A DNA stretch of 64,000 nt from a virus (lineage: Duplodnaviria > Caudoviricetes). The notes under the pieces are model-generated. The model was not told the origin of the DNA. It saw only the letters and a program-made list of their open reading frames with translations, and ran no database searches. The position numbers and the translations under genes are program-made. This document shows, piece by piece, positions 55,784 through 64,000 of this stretch (its first letter is position 1; every line of letters begins with the position of its first letter). The stretch covers positions 1 through 64,000 of IMG/VR virus record IMGVR_UViG_3300021399_000122; one strand, 5' to 3'.

Positions 55784-57271
55784 ATGGCAGAAAAAAAGAT
55801 ACTACGTAAAATCTACGATAAAGAATCTGACGTCTTGTATGACATTGGTGGCGCTGTTGATGCTTCTATCGATGGCGATGCGCTGGTGATTGATACTGAT
55901 ACATCTGATAATACTTTTTCAAATGACGATACAGTTGCATTTGCCCCAATCTATAAAGGTGACTATCTCACAAAAGATCTTCCTAGTTCGTGTCTGTTAA
56001 TTGACGGATATTTTTATACATTTAATGCAACAACGAATACCGACAATAAAGGAACGTTACGAGCATTTAATGTTTCAAATAATTCCGAGGATACTGGTAA
56101 AGCTAAGAGTATAAAACTTGGTCATGCAAATTCGGCAGCGTATGATCCGGATAATGGCAAAATTTATATTGCTCCGATTTGGGATTATTCATCCGGAAAT
56201 CCGGTTAACATCAACGAGTTATATGTTTATGGTACTAGCTTTACAACCGTTGACTCTGTAACACTTCCTACTAGGGCATTGGGTGTGTCATATGACGACC
56301 ATACCGGCACGTTATATTACATCGACTATAACTATGATGTTTATAAAATTAAATCGGAAAATGAAATTGTAAAATATTCAACGGTCGATGTCGACAATTC
56401 GGATTTGCAGTTTGCCACAAACGACACAGATTATAGTTTTAACCAAGATTTTGCCGTGAACAATGGGCGTTTTTATCTTTCATCGCCAGTAGGTATTATA
56501 GCAACTGGCGTTCTAGAAAAAGGCAAGACCTCAAAAATAGATGGATTCTATCACATGCTTCATAACGACACTTGGAATAGATATTTCATCGGAGAACTTG
56601 AAGGAATGGAATTCGTTGACGATCATCTCATTGCCTCTGTTTACAGCGATTTGAATCTCGGTTATAAAAACGGAATGGTTGTAGAACTTCCAATAACCAG
56701 CGTGGCGCCAACTCAGGGAGCATTCGGTTGGGGATTGACGAATAATACATTTTCGATCAACAACACCACGATTAACAAATTTAGACTGGCATCGAACGAA
56801 CTTAGAAGTCTTAATCAGCTGACTAACTGTATTTTTAAACCGTCAGCTATTAATGTTGGAGAATCTGGGGGATCATTTACAGATCCTTGTGATGAACCTA
56901 TTATTACAAGTTCGGCGCTGATTAGAATTAAAGGCAAATATTCAGTCAAGAATATTACAGTTTTTAATGGCGAAGTAAATTTCCATTTTGATGCTTCTGA
57001 TTCAGTTCTCGAATTACGTGCCACAAGCGGTGTATGTATTGGGAACGATCGGAATGGGATGATACATTTCAGCAGTCCTAATAACCAGATAAACATCTCA
57101 ACTCCAAACTATAGTGCTAGTTCTGTATCGCTTCTTGGAATCGGATATGTTGGGCCTGTTACGGTTATTCATAAGCCATTAGCATCTCTTGAAAATAAGA
57201 GCGCTTTAAACATCGGTTCTACGAATGTAATAGGCGAAACCGGTATATTTGTAGGAAGTGTCAAGAAATAG
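55784..57271 (+). CDS. Fibre/receptor-binding-like protein with a shared N-terminal docking peptide and a beta-propeller-like domain
   Basis: KKILRKIYDK...YDIGG N-terminus; GHANSAAYD and GELEG motifs. Confidence 0.6.
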   Translation: MAEKKILRKIYDKESDVLYDIGGAVDASIDGDALVIDTDTSDNTFSNDDTVAFAPIYKGDYLTKDLPSSCLLIDGYFYTFNATTNTDNKGTLRAFNVSNNSEDTGKAKSIKLGHANSAAYDPDNGKIYIAPIWDYSSGNPVNINELYVYGTSFTTVDSVTLPTRALGVSYDDHTGTLYYIDYNYDVYKIKSENEIVKYSTVDVDNSDLQFATNDTDYSFNQDFAVNNGRFYLSSPVGIIATGVLEKGKTSKIDGFYHMLHNDTWNRYFIGELEGMEFVDDHLIASVYSDLNLGYKNGMVVELPITSVAPTQGAFGWGLTNNTFSINNTTINKFRLASNELRSLNQLTNCIFKPSAINVGESGGSFTDPCDEPIITSSALIRIKGKYSVKNITVFNGEVNFHFDASDSVLELRATSGVCIGNDRNGMIHFSSPNNQINISTPNYSASSVSLLGIGYVGPVTVIHKPLASLENKSALNIGSTNVIGETGIFVGSVKK

Positions 57272-57282
57272 TGAGGTGACTT

Positions 57283-58677
57283 ATGACAGAAAAAAAGATA
57301 CTACGTAAAGTCTATGATAGAGCGTCCGGCATCTGGTATGACATTGGTGGATCTGTCAATGCTTCTATCGATGGCAATTCGCTGGTAATCGGTAGCGACA
57401 AGATTGATGCGAACGCGTATCCGTCATCAACTCTTGATATTCTGACGACTCAAGTCATCTATAATGCGATGATGAGCTACCACATGCATATTTGGTCTAT
57501 AGGAAGCAACAACAAATTTAGTTATGGCAACTATCTGACAAACAATACTTCTGGTAATAGCATGACCGCATTAGATCCTGAAGGAAGCGGAACCGTATAC
57601 GACAAGCTTGATTGTTCGACATTTGTGCTTCTTTGTTTGATGGGTATACCATTTCAGGATTCTCCTTATAACGGAAAAACAAACATTAGTCCAGTTACAA
57701 CATTCGAACGGTTCTTCAAAGTTGATCCGGAACGAAATCCTTCAGGACGAATCAGATGGGCTGGAGAACTGTTGGAATACGCAGAGAGCAACGGCCTTGT
57801 TTACAAATACACTGACCCGAAGCAGGTAAAAACAGGCGATGTGGTCTTTTATATTTGGGACGACGATAAATGGGCAGAATTCCCATCGACAAGTTTCGCC
57901 AAGAAGGGATACGGGGCGTATAAACACTGTGCGCACGTAGGAATGCTCATTGATGGTTGCACCATGGATGGCTATACGAATGGGATTGGCATCATCCAGG
58001 CCATGAGCACTGATGCACTTATCGATTTACGTCCTTGGGAGGGCTTTGAAATCCCAGGACAGCATTTATATCCTTACATCATGAGACCTAATCTGAAACT
58101 GATCGGTGATGTATGGGCTCGTGGATTATGGAAATTCAGAAGTCCTGGCGACAGAACGAATCCGGACAAACTGTTTCTGAATTACTATATGGATTCGCAA
58201 GCAGTCAGATTTTCTGGCAACAGGATTCCGTCAAACGCTTTTGACTTTGGTCTTACAAGCGGCGCGCCGGACGACACTAAAACAGGAAGATTGACGACAT
58301 ACTACATTCCATATTCGCCATCGATTGTAATTGAAGGATTTCAGTCCGGAACAAAGTACATTGCATCGTATTACAACGCTAATCAGGAATACATTGATTT
58401 AACGACTAATACGATCGATCGAACAAAGAAGAACACCGCTTATATTCGACTGTCTTTCGAGAGCGCTACGAATGATGGAGTTCTTACGGCAGATCAGAAA
58501 ACGGCTCTCATCAATAACATCGTCATTCGTTATCACAACGAGAGCATGGCATATGTAAGAGATGAGAATATAAATTCGCATTTGCCAAGTTACAACGGAG
58601 TTGATAGCGTATTTTACTTTACGACTCCGACGCTGATTAATCCGCAGGTTGTGTCTGGTAATTTATATTTGGAGTAA
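57283..58677 (+). CDS. NlpC/P60-like domain protein with the shared N-terminal docking peptide
   Basis: LDCSTFV...GDVVFY...HVGM. Confidence 0.7.
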   Translation: MTEKKILRKVYDRASGIWYDIGGSVNASIDGNSLVIGSDKIDANAYPSSTLDILTTQVIYNAMMSYHMHIWSIGSNNKFSYGNYLTNNTSGNSMTALDPEGSGTVYDKLDCSTFVLLCLMGIPFQDSPYNGKTNISPVTTFERFFKVDPERNPSGRIRWAGELLEYAESNGLVYKYTDPKQVKTGDVVFYIWDDDKWAEFPSTSFAKKGYGAYKHCAHVGMLIDGCTMDGYTNGIGIIQAMSTDALIDLRPWEGFEIPGQHLYPYIMRPNLKLIGDVWARGLWKFRSPGDRTNPDKLFLNYYMDSQAVRFSGNRIPSNAFDFGLTSGAPDDTKTGRLTTYYIPYSPSIVIEGFQSGTKYIASYYNANQEYIDLTTNTIDRTKKNTAYIRLSFESATNDGVLTADQKTALINNIVIRYHNESMAYVRDENINSHLPSYNGVDSVFYFTTPTLINPQVVSGNLYLE

Positions 58678-58680
58678 TCT

Positions 58681-59859
58681 ATGGCATTTGTTAATAAAAT
58701 TTACGATAAAGATAATGATGTTTGGTACGATATTGTCGGGAATAAATCAAATCAGAATAGTTTCCCAACGGCATCCGGCCCAAACTATGATTTTCTTCCA
58801 TGCTTAAAAACATGGCTTTATAACAACGATAAACTTAGGTATTCAAACCTAGGAGGAAATCCGAATAGTTTTAATAGAGTCAATAAAGTAAACTCGATGA
58901 TTACGGAGCCATTAGCGAGTTCGGTTGTCGACGGGAAGTATCCGATCGACTGCCAGTCGTTAGTTATGATATGCTTAATGGGTATAGGCTTTGAAGAATC
59001 TGTATTTGGAGATAGGTCAAATACTCCAAAATATCCTAGAGCCCCTATCAATTTCCTTTCTGATGACTTTTGCAAGTATACGTTGATCGTTGGTCACGGC
59101 GAAACAAAGTCATTACCGGATAATATTTCGTACAGACGACTAGCAACTTGGCAATTTGCAGAATTCTTGGACAGTATTGGCATGTACTATCATGTTGGAG
59201 AAGGGTTCTCTTTAGATAGTCTTCAGCCTGGGGATATTTTGTTCGAAGGAAGAGATGAATATTTGCCCAAACTTGATGGTATTTTTCACGCAGAATTTTA
59301 TGTTGGTAAAACACATCTTGATGGTGTTTGGGTGGCAGAATCAGCAAGTTCCCAAGACACTTATCCAGTTCATATAAGACATAAATCAATAAGCACCCTA
59401 AAAGAAAAACTTGTTGGTTATGCAAGAATTCCACTTGGTTATAACAATTACGGTAATGTGAACGACAATATTGCAACATTCACTAGTGGGAATACTGCAT
59501 ATAAGCATACAGCTACACTTGATGCTCCGGCAGCAAATTGGGACTTATATGAGGTAACGGTTAAGTACACATATAAGGATGCCAACGCTATTGGAAATGC
59601 TTTCCCGGCCATTGATATTGGCATGTGGATCTATTCAAGATATAGTGACGATACAATGCCTAACGTCAAGGTAAACGTCCCGATTGTAATTAAGCACATC
59701 GTATGCGTTAATCCAGAGTATCACGAATTAACGGCCGATAATGTTACGACATTAACAGCGACTTTATATGTACCTAGTGACAAATCTTATACAGTAACTG
59801 ATTCATCAGGAACCACGCAGATTATTTCTGTGAAAGCTCTTATGAGAAAGAACGGGTGA
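58681..59859 (+). CDS. NlpC/P60-like domain protein with the shared N-terminal docking peptide
   Basis: IDCQSLV...LQPGDILF...HAEFYVG. Confidence 0.7.
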   Translation: MAFVNKIYDKDNDVWYDIVGNKSNQNSFPTASGPNYDFLPCLKTWLYNNDKLRYSNLGGNPNSFNRVNKVNSMITEPLASSVVDGKYPIDCQSLVMICLMGIGFEESVFGDRSNTPKYPRAPINFLSDDFCKYTLIVGHGETKSLPDNISYRRLATWQFAEFLDSIGMYYHVGEGFSLDSLQPGDILFEGRDEYLPKLDGIFHAEFYVGKTHLDGVWVAESASSQDTYPVHIRHKSISTLKEKLVGYARIPLGYNNYGNVNDNIATFTSGNTAYKHTATLDAPAANWDLYEVTVKYTYKDANAIGNAFPAIDIGMWIYSRYSDDTMPNVKVNVPIVIKHIVCVNPEYHELTADNVTTLTATLYVPSDKSYTVTDSSGTTQIISVKALMRKNG

Positions 59860-59862
59860 CTT

Positions 59863-60066
59863 ATGACTTATATTTCAAAAATTAATGACAAAGACAATGA
59901 TATTTACTACGATATCGCAGATGTACAAGCGAGAGCTGGCATTGAAGATTTAAAGAGCCAATTTGATGAGACCACTATCGGTGGTATTGATGAAATTGTA
60001 AACGCATGGCTCGATAAACACCCCGAAGCAATAATGACTGTGACCGGAGAGGTACTCGACTTATGA
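59863..60066 (+). CDS. Anchor-only mini-protein
   Basis: Made up only of the YDIAD, EDLKS, WLDKHPEA and TVTGEVLDL modules seen in larger neighbours. Confidence 0.65.
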   Translation: MTYISKINDKDNDIYYDIADVQARAGIEDLKSQFDETTIGGIDEIVNAWLDKHPEAIMTVTGEVLDL

Positions 60067-60398
60067 CGGCGAGAATTTCTGGCAAGACTATCACCCTCAC
60101 AAGAGGTGATACATTTAAGGCTACGGTAGAGATTTTCAACGAAGATGGTAGTGTATACGTCCCTCTCCCAGGGGACGAGGTACGCTTCGCTATGAAGCAA
60201 AACTATAACTCAACCGAAATAAAGCTTGAAAAAGAAATCCCAATTGACACCTTGTTACTCGAAATTGACCCTGCAGACACAAAGTGGTTAAAACAGCCGG
60301 CTGATTATGTTTATGATATTCAACTGACGCATATCAACGGAGACATTGACACCTTCATCGCCAATGGAAAGTTTAGAATTATCGAGGAGGTAGATTGA
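60063..60398 (+). CDS. BppU-N-like baseplate protein
   Basis: ITLTRGDT...YVYDIQL...DTFI. Confidence 0.65.
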   Translation: MTARISGKTITLTRGDTFKATVEIFNEDGSVYVPLPGDEVRFAMKQNYNSTEIKLEKEIPIDTLLLEIDPADTKWLKQPADYVYDIQLTHINGDIDTFIANGKFRIIEEVD

Positions 60399-60658
60399 TG
60401 CCTGATAAGCTTAGTGGAACACTGTCGCAAAACGGAAAGCTCAGCGGTGTCTTGTCGACGAAGAACAGACTTACAGGGCAACTTTCGATGGCTGTTGATG
60501 CCGTTTTTAATGATGACTACAACAAACTAAAAGAGGATACGCTCCCTCAAATAAACAGCGTGGCTTTAAAGGGAAATAAACTCTCGTCTGAACTGCATGT
60601 TCAACACGAGATGAATGCAATTTCATATCAGGATATTGATGAATTGCTTTTTGGATAG
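60395..60658 (+). CDS. Small fibre-associated protein
   Basis: LSGxLS repeats; LPQINSVALKGNK. Confidence 0.6.
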   Translation: MMPDKLSGTLSQNGKLSGVLSTKNRLTGQLSMAVDAVFNDDYNKLKEDTLPQINSVALKGNKLSSELHVQHEMNAISYQDIDELLFG

Positions 60659-60674
60659 ATTGGAGGAAATGAAC

Positions 60675-61511
60675 ATGTCCGATAGTTTTCTGAACTTAAC
60701 TGGTCTCAGGTATTATCACGATAAGTTGAAGAGTTTATTTGCAAAAAAGTCAGATGTCGACACAGCGCTTTCCGACAAAGTTGACAAAGAAACCGGCAAA
60801 GGATTATCGACAAATGACTATACAACAACAGAAAAGAATAAGCTGAGGGATATCGCTACCGGCGCTCAGGTAAACGTAATCGAGTCTGTTAAGGTTAATG
60901 GAAATGCTTTAAACATTACGGCTAAGGCTGTTGACGTGAATGTGCCGACGGCAGTTTCTCAGCTTACAAATGATGGTAACTTTGTAACAGATGCAAGCTA
61001 CGTTCATACAGACAACAACTTCACTGATACATTGTTATCAAAGCTTAATGGTATTGCAGATGGCGCAACAAAAACAACAATCGATTCAGAGCTGAACTCC
61101 ACCAGCGCCAACCCCGTACAAAACAAAGTAATCAACACAGCTCTTGGTGCGAAGGCCCCGCTTGCAACCCCTACGTTCACAGGAACGCCTAAGGCTCCAA
61201 CTGCGGCTGCAGGAACAAATACAACTCAGATCGCAACCACCGAATTCGTGACAACAGCAGTTGCAAATGCAATTGCTGGCGTTACATCTATCAGCTATCA
61301 AGTCGTTACAAGCCTGCCGGCAACAGGTGAAAACGGTGTCATTTATCTGGTTGCTCACTCACACGGAGCCGGAGATGCATATGACGAATATGTCTGGGCT
61401 GGTACATCGTTTGAGAAGCTTGGCAATACAGACATTGACCTGTCTGGCTATATGCTGAAGACAGACATGATTGCAATTACTACGGCTGAGATCGATACAT
61501 TATTTGCGTAA
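60675..61511 (+). CDS. Head/tail fibre protein
   Basis: KVDKETGKGLSTNDYT, PTFTGTPKAPTA...TQIATT and YDEYVW motifs. Confidence 0.75.
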   Translation: MSDSFLNLTGLRYYHDKLKSLFAKKSDVDTALSDKVDKETGKGLSTNDYTTTEKNKLRDIATGAQVNVIESVKVNGNALNITAKAVDVNVPTAVSQLTNDGNFVTDASYVHTDNNFTDTLLSKLNGIADGATKTTIDSELNSTSANPVQNKVINTALGAKAPLATPTFTGTPKAPTAAAGTNTTQIATTEFVTTAVANAIAGVTSISYQVVTSLPATGENGVIYLVAHSHGAGDAYDEYVWAGTSFEKLGNTDIDLSGYMLKTDMIAITTAEIDTLFA

Positions 61512-61525
61512 GGCGGTGACGCTCT

Positions 61526-62773
61526 ATGGCAAATAAGTATTTAGATCCTAATAGCTTATCATATTTTTTAAATAAAATAAAAACATTTTTAGCCAACCAA
61601 GCCGTTGTGCATAAAACCAAATCCATCCCATTCGGTCAAGTTGATAGTACATCCACAGCCACCGTTTTTACAGCAACGGTTGATGGCATAACCGAATTGG
61701 CGGATGGTGTATGTGTGATGCTTAAGAATGGTGTGATAACCTCGGCATCTGGATGCACTCTTAATGTAAATAATTTAGGTGCAAAACCTATTTATCACAC
61801 GAATGGAGAAGAAAGTAGAGTTGGCACGTCTTTCAATGTAGCATACACGTGGTTATTTGTTTATAACAGCACTCGTGTTGATGGTGGATGTTGGGACGCA
61901 TATTGGGGATATAATTCTGATTCGAATGATACAACAACTGGATATGTACGAATTGCTTACGGTCAGTTTAAACCAACAACAAATTTATACCGTTATCAGG
62001 TATGTTTGACAAAAAACGAAGAAGAAATAATACCTGTTACTGAAGTATCAAATAACACTGGTACCGCAAAAGCACTGACAACAGAGTCATTTAACCCGTT
62101 CGCTCCAGTTTATTATTACTCTTCAACAGCAACCGTTACTGCTGGAACGCTTATAACTGCCTCTTATATTTGGTCGGCATACGCGAGAGTAAATATAAGG
62201 TATTCGTTTAATACTGGCGCCACTTTGACGGCAAATAAAGACGTTTATATTCGAGCAACATTAACAAATGGTATTGAGGCGAAACTTGCGGCCGATCCAA
62301 TTACACAGGAATTACCATCAAGCGATGATGGCTATATTTACATTAAACTTGGTCATTCATGTGACAATTATAGAGTTTCGTTGACATATGATCACCCAAT
62401 ATATATTTATAAAAACGGAGCAATTAGAACATTGTCCGGATATAGCGAGTATGCACAATATGTTAATGGGCACACCGTTAGCTCGGACGTTCCGGCGAAT
62501 GCCGTGTTCACAGATACAGTAACAACGGTCGCAGCAACAGGCACAGGTAATGCAGTCACAGACTTGTCCGCAACAAACGGAGCCATCACAGCAACATATG
62601 GTGCAACTTTCCTCACAGAACATCAGGATATTTCTGGGAAAATGGATATTCCTGCCGGCGGTAGTGCTGGACAGGTGTTGACTAAAACAGCAAATGGATA
62701 CGAATGGGAAGATCCAATTTTGCTTGATGCTTACGTTGCAGGTGAAGTGATCACATTTACAGATAATAGGTAG
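61526..62773 (+). CDS. Tail fibre-like protein
   Basis: TLNVNNLGAKPI, VPANAVFTDT, HQDISGK and GQVLTK motifs. Confidence 0.7.
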   Translation: MANKYLDPNSLSYFLNKIKTFLANQAVVHKTKSIPFGQVDSTSTATVFTATVDGITELADGVCVMLKNGVITSASGCTLNVNNLGAKPIYHTNGEESRVGTSFNVAYTWLFVYNSTRVDGGCWDAYWGYNSDSNDTTTGYVRIAYGQFKPTTNLYRYQVCLTKNEEEIIPVTEVSNNTGTAKALTTESFNPFAPVYYYSSTATVTAGTLITASYIWSAYARVNIRYSFNTGATLTANKDVYIRATLTNGIEAKLAADPITQELPSSDDGYIYIKLGHSCDNYRVSLTYDHPIYIYKNGAIRTLSGYSEYAQYVNGHTVSSDVPANAVFTDTVTTVAATGTGNAVTDLSATNGAITATYGATFLTEHQDISGKMDIPAGGSAGQVLTKTANGYEWEDPILLDAYVAGEVITFTDNR

Positions 62774-62817
62774 ACACAGTTTAACTGTGGAAATCAGAAC
62801 CGTCCACCCTACTGGGC

Positions 62818-62841
62818 GACCGTGATAGTCGGTCTTTTTTT
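62818..62841 (+). terminator. Intrinsic terminator after the fibre genes
   Basis: GACCG/CGGTC followed by T7. Confidence 0.7.
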
Positions 62842-62909
62842 ATGGCAATACATATCGCTTGGCCAAGGTTAGCCGGCCATGCGGTAAACAGCTGAATATT
62901 TATACAAAC

Positions 62910-62936
62910 GGGAGCCACGCAAAGGCTCCCTTTTTT
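62910..62936 (+). terminator. Terminator/attenuator immediately before the endolysin RBS
   Basis: GGGAGCC/GGCTCCC followed by T6. Confidence 0.75.
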
Positions 62937-62954
62937 AATGGAAGGAGAACTATT

Positions 62955-63722
62955 ATGGCTAAATCATATGCCGCTTTTAAGAAGTCTCACCTTGGCCTGA
63001 AGATTGATCTTGATGGATTCCCCGTACAGCAGAAATTCCAGTGCTGGGATTTGGCAAACAAGTATTTTCTCTACATCGGCGGCCACAAGATTCATTGTGG
63101 CCAGACTGGTTATGTCAAGGACATTGCGAATCAGCGTTCCACAAATGGCATCCTGGATTTCTGCGTCGATATCGGCCTTAAGGCTGAGATGCAGCCGGGC
63201 GATATTGTAGTGTGGACAAACCGTTCACCTCACTGCCCGTATTCCCATATCGCCATTTATGACCATGACAACGGTCAGGAAGAAATCTATTTCTTAGGGC
63301 AGAATCAACCTTATCCGTATGTAACAGTCGCACGTATTCCTTGGCAGGGAATCATTGGTGTGTTCCGTCCGAAGATTTTCATGGATCAGACGCCGACACC
63401 GGCACCGGCAAAGCGTCCCGATCAGATCCTCACTGTTGGTTCAAAGGTCAAGAGCTGGGGCTTCTATATCGAGAAGATCGATTACATCCGCCAGTGGGGA
63501 TACAATAGCTGGGTTGGTGGTTGGTTCCCGCTGAAGGACGTTGACGAAGTTGACGCATTGGACGGCAAAAAGGATCAGATCGTGCATGTCGGATCCGGCT
63601 GCGCGTTCCCGAAGACCTACACCGTTACCGCCGTTGACGTCAAGAATGACCGTGCTTTCTTAAAAGAGCTTGGCTATTGGGTCAAGTGCCGCTGTCTTAA
63701 CGAGGTAGAAGAAGGCAACTAA
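62955..63722 (+). CDS. Endolysin, CHAP domain plus a C-terminal putative cell-wall-binding region
   Basis: FQCWDL, PGDIVVW, SHIAI, LGQNQ; ATG 62955 after AAGGAG. Confidence 0.85.
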   Translation: MAKSYAAFKKSHLGLKIDLDGFPVQQKFQCWDLANKYFLYIGGHKIHCGQTGYVKDIANQRSTNGILDFCVDIGLKAEMQPGDIVVWTNRSPHCPYSHIAIYDHDNGQEEIYFLGQNQPYPYVTVARIPWQGIIGVFRPKIFMDQTPTPAPAKRPDQILTVGSKVKSWGFYIEKIDYIRQWGYNSWVGGWFPLKDVDEVDALDGKKDQIVHVGSGCAFPKTYTVTAVDVKNDRAFLKELGYWVKCRCLNEVEEGN

Positions 63723-63821
63723 GGAAAATGGGGAGATTATTCTCCCCTTTCGTTAAAAGCAAGTTAATCCAAGATCTTTCGTACTACATTTTACGCGGTT
63801 GAATCGGACAGGAGGTTAAAC

Positions 63822-64000
63822 ATGATCGATTGGAAACGAAAGCTGTCCAGCCGTAAATTATGGCTGGCAATCGCCGGATTTGTATCCGGTCTGATGGTAT
63901 TCTTTGGCCGCACAGAATCAGAAGCTACTCAGGTCAGCGCTCTGATTATGTCTGCTGCATCCGTTATCTCTTATATTGTTTCGGAGGGACTCATCGACTC
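63822..64000 (+). CDS. Holin (truncated by the window end)
   Basis: MIDWKRKLSSRKLWLAIAGFVSG... with two hydrophobic segments; RBS AGGAGGT; follows the lysin. Confidence 0.8.
   Translation, partial: MIDWKRKLSSRKLWLAIAGFVSGLMVFFGRTESEATQVSALIMSAASVISYIVSEGLID

Noticed and set aside
51973-62773. Diversity-generating retroelement or shufflon acting on the fibres
   Set aside because: No reverse transcriptase, no adenine-variant repeat pair and no inverted silent C-terminal cassettes were seen in the window.
1-64000. tRNA/rRNA genes or stop-codon reassignment
   Set aside because: No convincing cloverleaf or rRNA was recognised by eye, and genes are full length and densely packed in the standard code. 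tRNAscan was not run.

Overview
The whole window is one segment of a large siphovirus-type phage or prophage with an SPbeta-like gene order. The host is probably an anaerobic Bacillota member (class III RNR, Gram-positive-type RBSs, CHAP lysin). Left to right: (1) a repeat-rich left end with a leftward sigma-region-4/HTH gene saturated with one hexamer. (2) A 1.1-kb divergent control/origin-like region. (3) An operon with an SF2-type helicase and a YonO-like single-subunit RNA polymerase. (4) A late region: metallophosphoesterase, tyrosine recombinase, HU, terminase, portal, scaffold/protease, capsid, neck and tail tube. One neck gene is split by a 999-nt group I intron carrying a GIY-YIG homing endonuclease. 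(5) About 15 kb of accessory genes between tail tube and tape measure: nrdD, anchor-plus-payload virion-protein cassettes, two candidate structured RNAs, an unknown conserved module and a RusA-like gene. (6) Tape measure, Dit, Tal, an array of NlpC/P60-like fibre/spike paralogs, fibres, endolysin and a truncated holin. The most promising undescribed element is a degenerate ~21-bp site (CTGATTTAAAG-N4-YTTTAA-like). It occurs in-frame (peptide 'S/E-D-L-K/Q') at the anchor/payload junction of virion proteins and in inverted orientation after the cassettes, suggesting site-specific cassette exchange. All assignments come from motifs and synteny read by eye; no database search was run.
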